From: Candidatus Poribacteria bacterium
Lineage (GTDB): Bacteria; Poribacteria; WGA-4E; PCPOR2b
DNA: 64,000 nucleotides
NCBI GenBank assembly: GCA_965116925.1
Contig: OZ220744.1
Location: 1,632,001 to 1,696,000 of the forward strand
Direction of reading: 5' to 3'
In this document: piece by piece, positions 47,846-57,573 of the stretch
How positions within the stretch are numbered: the first letter of the stretch is position 1
Layout of the letters: each line of letters starts with the position of its first letter
Notes under the pieces: generated by a model
Told to the model about the DNA's origin: nothing
Database searches by the model: none
Seen by the model: only the letters and a program-made list of their open reading frames with translations
Translations under genes and position numbers: made by a program

Positions 47846-48739
47846 CTATACACAACCGGGAAACTCACTTCCACGAATAAGGGGCCAACCGTTGACAGGC
47901 TCTGGTCCCACAAGGCAGCCCAACTCCTTGATATGCTCGGTCTCCTCCGGCGTGCCGATATAGCGCGTTTCCGCTGAAACATAGTGGATTGACCAACCCC
48001 GTCTGCGGTGGGGTGTCGTATTGGGACCGCTGCAATGCAATGCCAAACTGTGATGGAAGGTAGCGTCACCCGCTTGGAGCGGCACTGCGACCTCTTGTGC
48101 AAGCACATCTTCCGTCAACATGTAGGGGAGATGATCCCAGTTGACCAGCCCAAAGTTGTGGCTGCCCGGAATAAAGCGAACGCAGCCATTTTCCAGAGTA
48201 GCATCGTCCAGCAGAAGCTGACAGGTAATCTGGAAGTTGCTCGCAAAAAAACTCCAGAATACAGAATCCTGATGGTAGCGGTTGGCTCGTGCATAGGGTG
48301 GCTTGGCAAATACTTGATCGTAATAGAGTTTAATATTGGGCCCCATTAGGGCGGCGACAATATCGACAATCTTCGGCGATCGAACAAGGGCATCAAAAAC
48401 AGAGTCATAACGAGAAGGGACGTTTACCTTGTTTATAGCGTCAAGCGGATCCTTGACCGGAGTCCTGCGTTGCGATTCGTAATCGTCCTCGCCTTTTGGA
48501 AAAACTTGTGTTCCGCGCCGATTATGCCGGTTGCCGTGTGGTGCAGGAAATTCTAACGTCTGTACCTGTTCCGGGTTGTGCCGGGAGATGTGCCGTTCAG
48601 GAAAATCAGGTGCCCCTCCCAATACGAGGCGGCCATAGTGTTCCCGTAACGTCTCAATTTCGTCAGGGGAGATCAGATTCTTGATAACGATATAACCATC
48701 TCGGAAGAACAAACTTTTCTGTTTTTCGCTCAGTCCCAT
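47846..48739 (-). CDS. PhyH-family dioxygenase (canonical HxD)
   Basis: FAKPP, YHQDS, LDDATLENGC, IPGSH, LALHCSG. Confidence 0.9.
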   Translation of the reverse strand: MGLSEKQKSLFFRDGYIVIKNLISPDEIETLREHYGRLVLGGAPDFPERHISRHNPEQVQTLEFPAPHGNRHNRRGTQVFPKGEDDYESQRRTPVKDPLDAINKVNVPSRYDSVFDALVRSPKIVDIVAALMGPNIKLYYDQVFAKPPYARANRYHQDSVFWSFFASNFQITCQLLLDDATLENGCVRFIPGSHNFGLVNWDHLPYMLTEDVLAQEVAVPLQAGDATFHHSLALHCSGPNTTPHRRRGWSIHYVSAETRYIGTPEETEHIKELGCLVGPEPVNGWPLIRGSEFPGCV

Positions 48740-48761
48740 GTCTATTCCTTCCCTTAAAGAT

Positions 48762-48887
48762 TATGGTGGATTCTAAAAATAAATGAACACTTTCGCACCC
48801 GGTAGGTGCCGTGGTGGGTTGAAACGGCGCAGTTGGAAACAGCGCCTACCAATTTGGAGTGTCTCATTAATTCTAAAATCTACTATA
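48762..48887 (-). mobile_element. MITE-like element, inverted relative to the 47692 copy
   Basis: Ends ...GTGTCTCATTAATTCTAAAATCTACTATA, the reverse complement of the 47692 left end. Confidence 0.75.
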
Positions 48888-48900
48888 GTAGCGTATCCGG

Positions 48901-49668
48901 TTAACCGGCATCACAAAGTTGAGCCGCTGCGCGTAACCCTTCAATTGGATCGCCCTTCGGGATAAACTCGTGTCCCACATAGAGGTCATAGCCCGTCTCT
49001 GCAATGGCTCGCATGATGGGTGGATAGTTGATCTCTTGCTCTTCATCCAAGTTGTGGCGACCGGGGTTGCCTGCTGTGTGAAAGTGTCCGATATACTCGA
49101 TATTGTCTTGGAGTGTGCGGATAATATCGCCCTCCATAATCTGCATGTGGTAGATGTCGTAGAGCAACTTGGCCCGCGGTGAGTTGACGCGCTTGCACAC
49201 CTCTACCCCCCACGCGGTGCTATCGCACTGATAATCAGGATGATTCACTTTGCTGTTGAGCAGTTCCAAACAGAGGTTGACCCCTTTCTCCTCAGCAGCC
49301 TTTGTAACACGGCTGATTCCCTCTGCAACAATATCAATACCTTCTTCATCGGATAAACCTTCATAGCGGTTGCCTGAGAAGGTAATGAGTCCGGGTATGT
49401 CATTTGCGGCGGCAAGTTCGATGTTTGCGAGGAGTTCATCCTCGATTCGATCGTGGTTTTCGCGCTTGTTGAGTCCATCGGTCAGTGAGTTATGTCCGAC
49501 GAAGGTGGCGATATCAAGACCTAACTCTTTCACAAGGGGCCAATACTGCTCATCGACTAACTCAACCGCTGCCAAGCCAACTTCGGCTGCGCCTCGAATA
49601 AATCCTTCAGGGGTCAAATCACCTTGAATGAAACTCCATCCTGTTGCGGATTGCTTAATTCGTGCCAT
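48901..49668 (-). CDS. Hydroxypyruvate isomerase family protein
   Basis: LELLNSKVNHPDYQCD, LLYDIYHMQIMEG, HTAGNPGR, HEFIP. Confidence 0.88.
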   Translation of the reverse strand: MARIKQSATGWSFIQGDLTPEGFIRGAAEVGLAAVELVDEQYWPLVKELGLDIATFVGHNSLTDGLNKRENHDRIEDELLANIELAAANDIPGLITFSGNRYEGLSDEEGIDIVAEGISRVTKAAEEKGVNLCLELLNSKVNHPDYQCDSTAWGVEVCKRVNSPRAKLLYDIYHMQIMEGDIIRTLQDNIEYIGHFHTAGNPGRHNLDEEQEINYPPIMRAIAETGYDLYVGHEFIPKGDPIEGLRAAAQLCDAG

Positions 49669-49690
49669 ATTATTCTCCTCAATTCCTATT

Positions 49691-49995
49691 TATAGTAGAT
49701 TTTAGAATTAATGGGACACGCCAAACCGGTGCAGTTACAAACCGCACCTACCGGGCGGCGCAAGTGTTTCTTGATTTTTTGTAGGAGTTACGCACTTCAG
49801 TAGGGAACGCAGATCTGCGTTCCCTACGGACTCCTTATGGAGCCTCTGCTGTAGTTGCCCGATTCATCGGGCGTTGGGACGGGTGTGCAGCGGCGATAAA
49901 TCGCCGAACTACAGGTATCTGAGTGTTCAACTGCGTAAGTCCTACCCCTAAATCCCCCTTGTCAGGGGGACTTATGAACGCGCTGCGTAAGTCCT
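49691..49995. repeat. Nested repeat mosaic: truncated MITE + AGGA(G/C)TTACGCA-ended element + GTAG REP-like palindromes
   Basis: MITE left end at 49691; AGGAGTTACGCA at 49783 and TGCGTAAGTCCT at 49932 and 49984; perfect 28-bp palindrome 49800-49827; paired GTAG hairpins 49851-49912. Confidence 0.8.
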
Positions 49996-50030
49996 GTTAT
50001 TAGAAATGTGACAATTCTAAAAGTTCAAGA

Positions 50031-50882
50031 TTATTTAAGATAGGGTTGGACGACTTCTCGCTCGATATTCAATCCCTGCCATTCATCGTCGCCGGGACCG
50101 TCGTAGATAAGCGTATGCGGTCCAGAGAAACCAGCATCTCTCGTCAGATCTAGACAGCGAATGTAATCATCTTTGTCCATTTCACCGGGTGCCGGAAAGT
50201 GGGCTTTGGTGTGGCAAGAGTCCGCCCGTGGCGCGATTGCCTCAAGATCCGTATACTTGGTTGCCCCCGACCAATTGCCAAAATCGAGGCAGAACCCAAC
50301 CTCTCCGTCTAAACGGTCGAGCAGCGTCAATACGTTTTCTGGGGTTGAGAGGATGGAGAACCAATTTTCTGTCATCAATCGGACGCCATTTGATTCGGCA
50401 CGCTCTGCCAATTGTTGTAGGCCATTTCGGCTCATCTCTAGTGCTTGCGTGGAGGGAGCCGCTTTTCCAGCAATTACGCGAGCACAAGTGGCACCTAGCA
50501 GCCCCGCGATCTCAATCCACTCATTGATCCAACCGAGATCCCGATCTGCATATTCGGGGTGAGTAATATCACCGTGATCAATCAATAGGGAGAACAGTTC
50601 GACATTTGCCCCCTCCAATGCCCCTCGGAGTTCATTCAGATACCCCTTGTCCAGACTCGGTATATGGAAGTGGCAGAGTTCTAAAGTGTTGATCCCGAAT
50701 TCCGCGGCGCGGGTGGGTACTTCCAGAAGCGAGATCTCACCCCTGCCGTGCGTGGCAACAGGGATTTGCTTTCCCTCCTCAGGTCCATAAAAATCGGGAC
50801 AACCGAGTTGACGGTGCAGGCTCCACGTCGAGACGGATAGTCGAGGTCCCTGATTGGTCGCGTTAGTGTTTGTTATGGTCAT
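50031..50882 (-). CDS. Sugar phosphate isomerase/epimerase (TIM barrel)
   Basis: VSTWSLHR, MTENW, LDFGNW, CHTK. Start at MTITN after AGGAG. Confidence 0.78.
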   Translation of the reverse strand: MTITNTNATNQGPRLSVSTWSLHRQLGCPDFYGPEEGKQIPVATHGRGEISLLEVPTRAAEFGINTLELCHFHIPSLDKGYLNELRGALEGANVELFSLLIDHGDITHPEYADRDLGWINEWIEIAGLLGATCARVIAGKAAPSTQALEMSRNGLQQLAERAESNGVRLMTENWFSILSTPENVLTLLDRLDGEVGFCLDFGNWSGATKYTDLEAIAPRADSCHTKAHFPAPGEMDKDDYIRCLDLTRDAGFSGPHTLIYDGPGDDEWQGLNIEREVVQPYLK

Positions 50883-51012
50883 TTGATCTCTCCTAGAGAA
50901 AATTATTCGGCTCATGTCAAGAAAAGGTGCAACAGAAACCGAGTTTTTGGCACGGGTGGGCGGGGCAAGATGCCCCGCCTATGGTTTCGCACTTTCTTTT
51001 TATAGGAGCGAA

Positions 51013-51663
51013 TTATTCAAACGATTTTTCAGGTTTGTAAAACAGTGTGACATTCTTTCGTGGGTATTCTACGCTCCAGCCGTACTGGATTGCGATCCAT
51101 TCCATTGTTGCTTGTTTGTAAAAACAGACATGTGTGGGCTCACGATGATACCACCAGTTAGCAAAGTCCGTATCTGAGTCCAGTGTTTCTGTCATAATTC
51201 CCAACCACCCATTACACCGGAGCAGTCGGTTAAACCGATGAAATTCTTTCGCGGGTTGATAGAAATGCTCGACCGTTTCGGTACAAGTGATAAAATCGTA
51301 TTCGCGCTCAAGGAGAGCGGTATCCGGTGCGAAGTAGGGATCGTAGATAGCCATGGGGAACCCCGCCTCTTCAAGCATAACCGAAAGTGTGGGTCCCGGA
51401 CCCGAACCGAAATCAAGCCCTTTCGCTCCCGGCTGTAGTTTGGGTATCAGGTGGTCGGTCAGCCGGCTGAGAAACTGCCGGTAGCGGCAATCTTCAGGAC
51501 TGTTTTCGTGCAACAGATACCGGGTGAGCTCATCCTCTGGGGAGAGATGGGATTCGGACGAAAGAAATGTCAGGTGGCACACGTCGCAACGCCAAAAAGT
51601 CTTAGAATCAACGACGGCAAGTTGCCGAACCAGATCAGAGTGGCACAGGGGACAGGCTCCCAT
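51013..51663 (-). CDS. Class I SAM methyltransferase with N-terminal zinc finger
   Basis: CPLC...CDVC, GLDFGSGPGP, YDPYFAP, WWYHREPTHVCF. Confidence 0.85.
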   Translation of the reverse strand: MGACPLCHSDLVRQLAVVDSKTFWRCDVCHLTFLSSESHLSPEDELTRYLLHENSPEDCRYRQFLSRLTDHLIPKLQPGAKGLDFGSGPGPTLSVMLEEAGFPMAIYDPYFAPDTALLEREYDFITCTETVEHFYQPAKEFHRFNRLLRCNGWLGIMTETLDSDTDFANWWYHREPTHVCFYKQATMEWIAIQYGWSVEYPRKNVTLFYKPEKSFE

Positions 51664-51665
51664 AT

Positions 51666-52403
51666 CTACGGAGTCAAGTTCGCAAGCTGCGTCTTTATCC
51701 ACGCAATCACCTTCTCGACCATCACAGGTGTAGACTCATCACTGAAAACGTGGTTCGCACCTTCAATCGTGACGAGTTGCGCCCGATTATTGGCTTTGGC
51801 TAGAATATCATGGGAATCCGCAATCGGTACAACGTCATCTTCGTCGCCGTGGACCAAGAGCCAAGGCACAGTGATTTCCACCCCAAGGTTTACCACCGTA
51901 TCGATCTGCGTTAGATCAGCCATGTAGCCGCCCGAAAGTGGACAATCCGGTTCGTCCCACATGAAGCCTTCATCGGGCGTGACATCGCCGAATTCACGTT
52001 GTGCGAAGGCTTTGGTGTGTACCATGCCCGCGAGAGAAACCAGCAGTCGAATTCGACTGTCCTCGCTAGCACGCAGCACACCAACCGCTCCACCCATGCT
52101 GTGACCTACATAGCATACTGTGTGCTCTTTTAGGCGATCAAGCACAGCCCCCAGATCCTCAACCTCTTTGGAGATGGTGGAATCGGTAAATTTACCTTCT
52201 GACTCACCATTTCCAGAGAAGGAGAATCGCAATGCAGGAATCCCCGCCGCAGCTAAGCCTTCGCCCAACGCCACGACAAAAGGGCGATCTTTGTTCCCGG
52301 TTACGCCGTGCCCAAGGACAACGATATTTTTAGACTCCCTTTCACCTTCATGAAAGCTATAATCAAGTTGTTCGCCTTGTCTATTTTTAATCTCACCAAA
52401 CAT
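51666..52403 (-). CDS. Alpha/beta hydrolase
   Basis: HG, GHSMGG, HGDEDDVV, GANHVF. Confidence 0.88.
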   Translation of the reverse strand: MFGEIKNRQGEQLDYSFHEGERESKNIVVLGHGVTGNKDRPFVVALGEGLAAAGIPALRFSFSGNGESEGKFTDSTISKEVEDLGAVLDRLKEHTVCYVGHSMGGAVGVLRASEDSRIRLLVSLAGMVHTKAFAQREFGDVTPDEGFMWDEPDCPLSGGYMADLTQIDTVVNLGVEITVPWLLVHGDEDDVVPIADSHDILAKANNRAQLVTIEGANHVFSDESTPVMVEKVIAWIKTQLANLTP

Positions 52404-52426
52404 AGTTAGGTATCTCTCCACAGTTT

Positions 52427-54115
52427 TTATGACAGATAAAGCTGCGGATCTAATTCAGCCAGCTTTACCAGATTCTTTTCCTTCTCCGTGCGATGTTTGA
52501 TTTCTACCGAATCGGTTTCGAGTGTGCGTTGGCTAATCGTAAGTCGCAAAGGCATCCCCAACAGATCTGCCTCCTTGAACTTAACGCCTGGGCTTTCTTG
52601 CCGATCATCGTAGAGCACTTCATACCCCTTTGCACGTAGCTCCGTATAGAGCGACTCAGCCCGTTGGCGCACCTCATCCCCCTTGCCGATGTGCATTAGA
52701 TGAATCTGATAGGGTGCGACAGCGCGGGGCCAAATAATACCGTCCTCGTCGTGGTTTGCCTCAACGATGCTAGCGAGCAGACGTCCGATCCCGATGCCGT
52801 AGCAACCCATGAAAAGCAGCTCCGGTCGCCCTTTCTGGCTAAGATAGGTCGCGTTCATTGGCTCACTGTACTTTGTGCCGAGCTTAAAGATGTTGCCGAC
52901 TTCAATTCCGCGTTTCTCTCTCAATGTTCCCCCACAGTGGACACAGGTCATTCCATCACGCGCTAGCGAAATATCGGTGACAATGTCCGCCTTAAAATCA
53001 CGTGGGTAATTTATGTTTTTCAGATGGTATCCCGGCTTATTGGCACCGGCGATCAGATTCGTGGTGGACGCAACGGAATCATCCACAACCACCGTGACGC
53101 CTTTCACATCAATTGGTGAGGCATAGCCAGCAACTAAGCCGTATCTCTGCAGCTCGTCATCGGTAGAAAACCAGAGATGCGTGGCTCCCACAGCTTTTTT
53201 GAGTTTGGTTTCGTTCACCTCAATATCGCCGCGGATAGCCGCGAAAATAAGACTTTCGTCGGTCGAGTAGAATACCGCCTTGAGGGTCTGTTCTTTTTCG
53301 ACGCCGAGGTAATTTGCAACATCTTCGATTGTGCTTTGGCCTGGCGTCTCAAGTTCCTCGATTGGTTCAGACTCACCGTTATTAACCTGCGGTTTCTGCA
53401 TCATAGCAACATCTGCATTTGCCTGATAATCACAACTGTTGCAAGAGATAATTCTATCCTCGCCGGCATCAGCAATTAGCATGAACTCGTGTGCCTCTGT
53501 TCCTCCAATTATCCCCGGATCAGATTCTACCGCGACGACATCAATGCCTGTACGATGAAAAATGTTAAGATACACCTGATGCATCTCGGCATAGTATCTA
53601 TCCAGATCGGCTTCATCCGTATGGAAGCTATATGCATCTTTCATTGCAAATTCACGCACACGGATTAAACCAGCGCGGGGCCGTGGTTCATCCCGAAACT
53701 TCAGTTTAATCTGATAGAACATCAGTGGTAACTGCCGATAGGAATTGGTCTGATTCCTAACTAAGTCGGTGACCGCCTCCTCATGGGTCATTGCAAGCAC
53801 TAGCCTCCGACCAAATCGATCCTCAAAGCCAGCCAACTCCCTACCGACAAGCATCTCCCAGCGTCCGGTTTCTTGCCATAGACCTGCGGGTTGGACAAGC
53901 GGCATATCAATCTCTTGTCCACCGATGGCGTCCATCTCGTCGCGAATGATATTTTCAATCTTGCGTAAGGCACGTTGGGCGAGCGGCAGGTAGCTATACA
54001 TGCCCACTACTAGACGGCGAATCATACCCGCCTGTAGAAGCAGTTGATGGCTAGGGATTTCCGCCTCTGATGGAATTTCTCTGAGTGTGCGCCCAAATAG
54101 TTGGGATCTTCTCAT
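52427..54115 (-). CDS. proS: Proline--tRNA ligase
   Basis: THEE, KFRDEPRPR.GLIRVREF, INS editing domain, MGCYGIG. Confidence 0.96.
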   Translation of the reverse strand: MRRSQLFGRTLREIPSEAEIPSHQLLLQAGMIRRLVVGMYSYLPLAQRALRKIENIIRDEMDAIGGQEIDMPLVQPAGLWQETGRWEMLVGRELAGFEDRFGRRLVLAMTHEEAVTDLVRNQTNSYRQLPLMFYQIKLKFRDEPRPRAGLIRVREFAMKDAYSFHTDEADLDRYYAEMHQVYLNIFHRTGIDVVAVESDPGIIGGTEAHEFMLIADAGEDRIISCNSCDYQANADVAMMQKPQVNNGESEPIEELETPGQSTIEDVANYLGVEKEQTLKAVFYSTDESLIFAAIRGDIEVNETKLKKAVGATHLWFSTDDELQRYGLVAGYASPIDVKGVTVVVDDSVASTTNLIAGANKPGYHLKNINYPRDFKADIVTDISLARDGMTCVHCGGTLREKRGIEVGNIFKLGTKYSEPMNATYLSQKGRPELLFMGCYGIGIGRLLASIVEANHDEDGIIWPRAVAPYQIHLMHIGKGDEVRQRAESLYTELRAKGYEVLYDDRQESPGVKFKEADLLGMPLRLTISQRTLETDSVEIKHRTEKEKNLVKLAELDPQLYLS

Positions 54116-54129
54116 CGCCTGATACTCTT

Positions 54130-54360
54130 TAGGAGTTACGCAGCTGAACACTCGGAACAGACATTACAACCGAGCGTGCAGCCGTCTGTGAAACGTGATG
54201 CGTGAAACGTGAAAACAGAATGAACCCATGAACTATAGTAGATTTTAGAATTAATTGAACACTATGAACGAGCAAGGTCAGGAATCTGTTCACCGAGTTA
54301 CGGCATACGGAGTATGCCTACTACTAAAGGGTTACGGCATACGGAGTATGCCTATTACTA
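54130..54360. repeat. Repeat-rich intergenic region: element ends and a tandem REP-like pair
   Basis: AGGAGTTACGCAGCTGAACACTC (~54131); MITE left end at 54234; two 30-bp GTTACGGCATACGGAGTATGCCTA(C/T)TACTA copies at 54297 and 54331. Confidence 0.7.
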
Positions 54361-54364
54361 TAAC

Positions 54365-55423
54365 TTAATTGGCGACTGATTCTGCGATCATGTCCCCGAT
54401 TTCTGTTGTTGTGAATCCCATTCGTCCGGCAGCGAGGTCCTTGATTTGTCCACTGGAGAGCAGGTCGCTAACTGCTCCGTCAACCAAAGCTGCGCCTTCT
54501 GTTTCACCGATATGTTCGAGCATCATGCCAGCTGCACTAATCGCTGCGATTGGGTTGATCTGGTTTTTTCCGGTGTATCGTGGTGCCGAGCCGTGAATTG
54601 GTTCAAACATGGCTACGCTCTCAGGATTGAGGTTGCCTGACGCAGCGATCCCCATACCGCCTTGGATCATCGCACCGAGGTCTGTAATGATGTCACCAAA
54701 CATGTTGCAGGTCACAATGACATCAAACCATTCGGGGTTTTTGACCATCCACATTGTTGTCGCATCGACAAAGGCGTAGTCCGTTTCGATGTCGGCATAT
54801 TCGGTGCCTACCTCATCGAAGACACGCCGCCAGAGGTCATGTGCGTACGTCAGCACATTCGCCTTATCGCACAGTGTCAACTGTTTTGCTCTGTTCCGTT
54901 TGCGGGTCAGTTCAAAGGCGTAACGAACGCAACGTTCCACCCCTTTGCGGGTGTTGATCATCTCTTGGATAGCGACTTCATCAGGCGTTCCATGCTTCAA
55001 GAATCCACCGATCCCAGCGTATAAACCTTCTGTGTTCTCCCGAACAATGATAAAGTCAATCTCTTCAGGTCCCTTGTCTTTGATGGGTGTCCAAACACCG
55101 GGGTAGAGTTTGACGGGCCTAAGGTTGATATAGAGATCCAATTCAAAGCGGGTTCGCAATAGAATCCCTTTTTCCAAGATACCCGGTGTCACATCGGGAT
55201 GACCGATGGCGCCCAGAAAGATTGCGTCCGTCTGCCGAAACTCATCGAGCGCGCTGTTTGGCAGGATCTCCCCGGTTTCGAGGTAGCGATCGCCGCCGAA
55301 GTCGTATTCAACGGTTTCATATTTGAAGCCTGTTTTGTCCGCAGCGGCCCCGAAGACCTTCATCGCTTCGTTTGTTACCTCGGGGCCAATCCCATCGCCA
55401 GGGATGAGAGCAATTTTATGCAT
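54365..55423 (-). CDS. leuB: 3-isopropylmalate dehydrogenase
   Basis: [33 protein letters not shown]. Confidence 0.88.
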   Translation of the reverse strand: MHKIALIPGDGIGPEVTNEAMKVFGAAADKTGFKYETVEYDFGGDRYLETGEILPNSALDEFRQTDAIFLGAIGHPDVTPGILEKGILLRTRFELDLYINLRPVKLYPGVWTPIKDKGPEEIDFIIVRENTEGLYAGIGGFLKHGTPDEVAIQEMINTRKGVERCVRYAFELTRKRNRAKQLTLCDKANVLTYAHDLWRRVFDEVGTEYADIETDYAFVDATTMWMVKNPEWFDVIVTCNMFGDIITDLGAMIQGGMGIAASGNLNPESVAMFEPIHGSAPRYTGKNQINPIAAISAAGMMLEHIGETEGAALVDGAVSDLLSSGQIKDLAAGRMGFTTTEIGDMIAESVAN

Positions 55424-55579
55424 CGAATTCCTCCAGAAAATGTAGTTGTACTAAAAGTTGCGAGGTGCGTAGGTTCGACCTTATGAAAGGTTTCAGCCAC
55501 TTTGAACCGTACTTACATTTTAACACGCCTTTGGGCAAACTGCCAATTTTTTTCTAGTTGTGTTGGGTTTATAAAGCCT

Positions 55580-55607
55580 TTGACACCTAGCGGGACTGTG
55601 TTATAAT
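55580..55607 (+). promoter_or_regulatory. Sigma-70 promoter of the MNT-HEPN pair
   Basis: TTGACA-16-TATAAT with extended TG. Confidence 0.65.
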
Positions 55608-55656
55608 ACCCACCTGTCAGATTTGAAAAGTATTATCCCGATAATGGAGGATGAAT

Positions 55657-55974
55657 ATGCAATCCGACCCTGAGGTAATCGAACAACTGGTGCAACGTAT
55701 TATCGAGCTTGTCCACCCCCTGCGAATTATTCTTTTCGGTTCTGCAGCTCGGGGCGAAATGAGCCCTGACAGCGACATTGACGTTCTTGTAGTAATGCCC
55801 GAAGGTGTTCACCGGCGGCGGACTGCACAACTCTTATACCAGCAGATCAGGGGATTGGGAGTCCCTTTTGATATTTTGGTGGCAACACCCAATGATCTCG
55901 AAAAGCATAAGGACAATATCGGTCTGATTTATCGGAGTATACTGCGGGAAGGGAGAGAGGTATATGCCGTCTGA
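55657..55974 (+). CDS. Minimal nucleotidyltransferase (MNT) domain protein
   Basis: LFGSAARG...SDIDVLVV. Confidence 0.88.
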   Translation: MQSDPEVIEQLVQRIIELVHPLRIILFGSAARGEMSPDSDIDVLVVMPEGVHRRRTAQLLYQQIRGLGVPFDILVATPNDLEKHKDNIGLIYRSILREGREVYAV

Positions 55975-56359
55975 GGGGCATGTATTAGGAAATGCCGTCG
56001 ATTGGCTCCGTTATGCCGAAAGCGACTTGGAGATCGCGCGCATCACTCAATCTTCCCGGATCTTGCTTGAAGGACTATGTTTCCATGCCCAACAAGCTGC
56101 AGAAAAAGCTCTTAAAGCAGTGTTAATTTCTCAAGCCATTCCTTTCCCTAGAACGCACAACATAACGATCCTAATCGATTTACTTCCGCAAAATATCTCA
56201 TTACCATCAGAAGTGGAAGCGGCAGCACTTCTCACAGACTATGCTGTTTTAACGCGCTATCCGGGCAATCTCGAACCTATCACTGAAGAAGAATACCATG
56301 AAGCTGTGCGTCTTGCCGAAGGGGTTGTCGACTGGGCCAAAACGCTCATTCAGTCATGA
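55964..56359 (+). CDS. HEPN domain protein
   Basis: CFHAQQAAEKALKA, PRTHNI, RYPG; overlaps the MNT stop. Confidence 0.88.
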   Translation: MPSEGHVLGNAVDWLRYAESDLEIARITQSSRILLEGLCFHAQQAAEKALKAVLISQAIPFPRTHNITILIDLLPQNISLPSEVEAAALLTDYAVLTRYPGNLEPITEEEYHEAVRLAEGVVDWAKTLIQS

Positions 56360-56384
56360 GAGATTACCAAGAGATTAGGCAACA

Positions 56385-57533
56385 TCATTCATAGACAATC
56401 GTATCGACGCGGTGGGCGTTGATATAGTCCCAATCCAATTCCACACCCAACCCAGGACCTTGAGGAACCAGCACATGCCCATTGGAATCAATGTTCTCCA
56501 GTTCATCCGTGAATTCGGGCGGATGGATGGGCGGTTTCGTGTGCTTTATCAGCGGATTCAGTAGCCCAAGTTCGTAGTAATTGGTGTTGCGGATGGCGGC
56601 GATGCAGTGACGGTGAGGTATGCTTCCACCGTGGAATTCCACATCCAAGCCAAATCCTTCAGCAGCGCGTGCCACCTTCATCGCGCCGGTGATACCGCCG
56701 TCCTCGTAGGTGCCAGTCCGCACAAAATCTGTGCCGCCATTGACGATAAAGTCGACATGCTGCTCCAATCCAAAGATATGTTCCGTCTGTAACAACGGCG
56801 TCTTAATCAACTCCCGCAGCTTCTTGTGACCGAAGACCGAAACCCCGCCGTCTTTGTACGCATCTTCCAGCCAAAAGAAATTTTGCTCGTCGCACGCTTT
56901 ACCTAACTTGAGTGCATCCGCCCACGTCTCTAACTCACAGGCAGGATCGACCATCAGATCCATCCGATCGCCCACACGCTGCCCGACCGCGTGGATATTT
57001 GCCACTTCCCGTTCAATGGGGGCATCCCCCCAACCGTGGATTTTAAACCCAGGATATCCCAACTCGGCGCACTGCTCGGCAAAATCGGCAAATGCTTCGG
57101 GGGTACTCAATCCGCCGTTCTCATCGCCGTGGTAGGTGCTCGCATACGCCGGGATAGTTTCTCTCCAGCCACCGAGTAGTTGGTAAATCGGGGCATTGTA
57201 TACCTTGCCCGCAAAATCCCACAACGCAACATCAAGCCCGCTGAGGGCAGTGGTGCCGGTATGGCGTAACCCCCGCTTGACGTCGTTGTATATCTTTTCA
57301 CGCTCAAAGGGATTCTTCCCTAGGGCGTAGTTGGCGACATTTGGGGCGATGTTCCGTCCAGTCGATTCACCGATTACCCCGGTACTGGTATGAATCCGCA
57401 GGATCGATGACTGCATCTTGTGGACATTGCCCTTCTCGTAGACGAGGTTAAAGCCGTTGTAATCGGTGCCCATGTCCTGAATTTCGTATTCAAAAATCAC
57501 CGTTTCGATTTTGGTAATCTTCGGATTTGCCAT
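56385..57533 (-). CDS. Mandelate racemase/muconate lactonizing enzyme family protein
   Basis: DVALWDFAGK, FKIHGW, LMVDP, WLED, GPGLGVELD. Confidence 0.87.
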   Translation of the reverse strand: MANPKITKIETVIFEYEIQDMGTDYNGFNLVYEKGNVHKMQSSILRIHTSTGVIGESTGRNIAPNVANYALGKNPFEREKIYNDVKRGLRHTGTTALSGLDVALWDFAGKVYNAPIYQLLGGWRETIPAYASTYHGDENGGLSTPEAFADFAEQCAELGYPGFKIHGWGDAPIEREVANIHAVGQRVGDRMDLMVDPACELETWADALKLGKACDEQNFFWLEDAYKDGGVSVFGHKKLRELIKTPLLQTEHIFGLEQHVDFIVNGGTDFVRTGTYEDGGITGAMKVARAAEGFGLDVEFHGGSIPHRHCIAAIRNTNYYELGLLNPLIKHTKPPIHPPEFTDELENIDSNGHVLVPQGPGLGVELDWDYINAHRVDTIVYE

Positions 57534-57573
57534 TAAGTTAGCTCCTCTCTTGAGTATTGCTGCTTTGTTCTTG

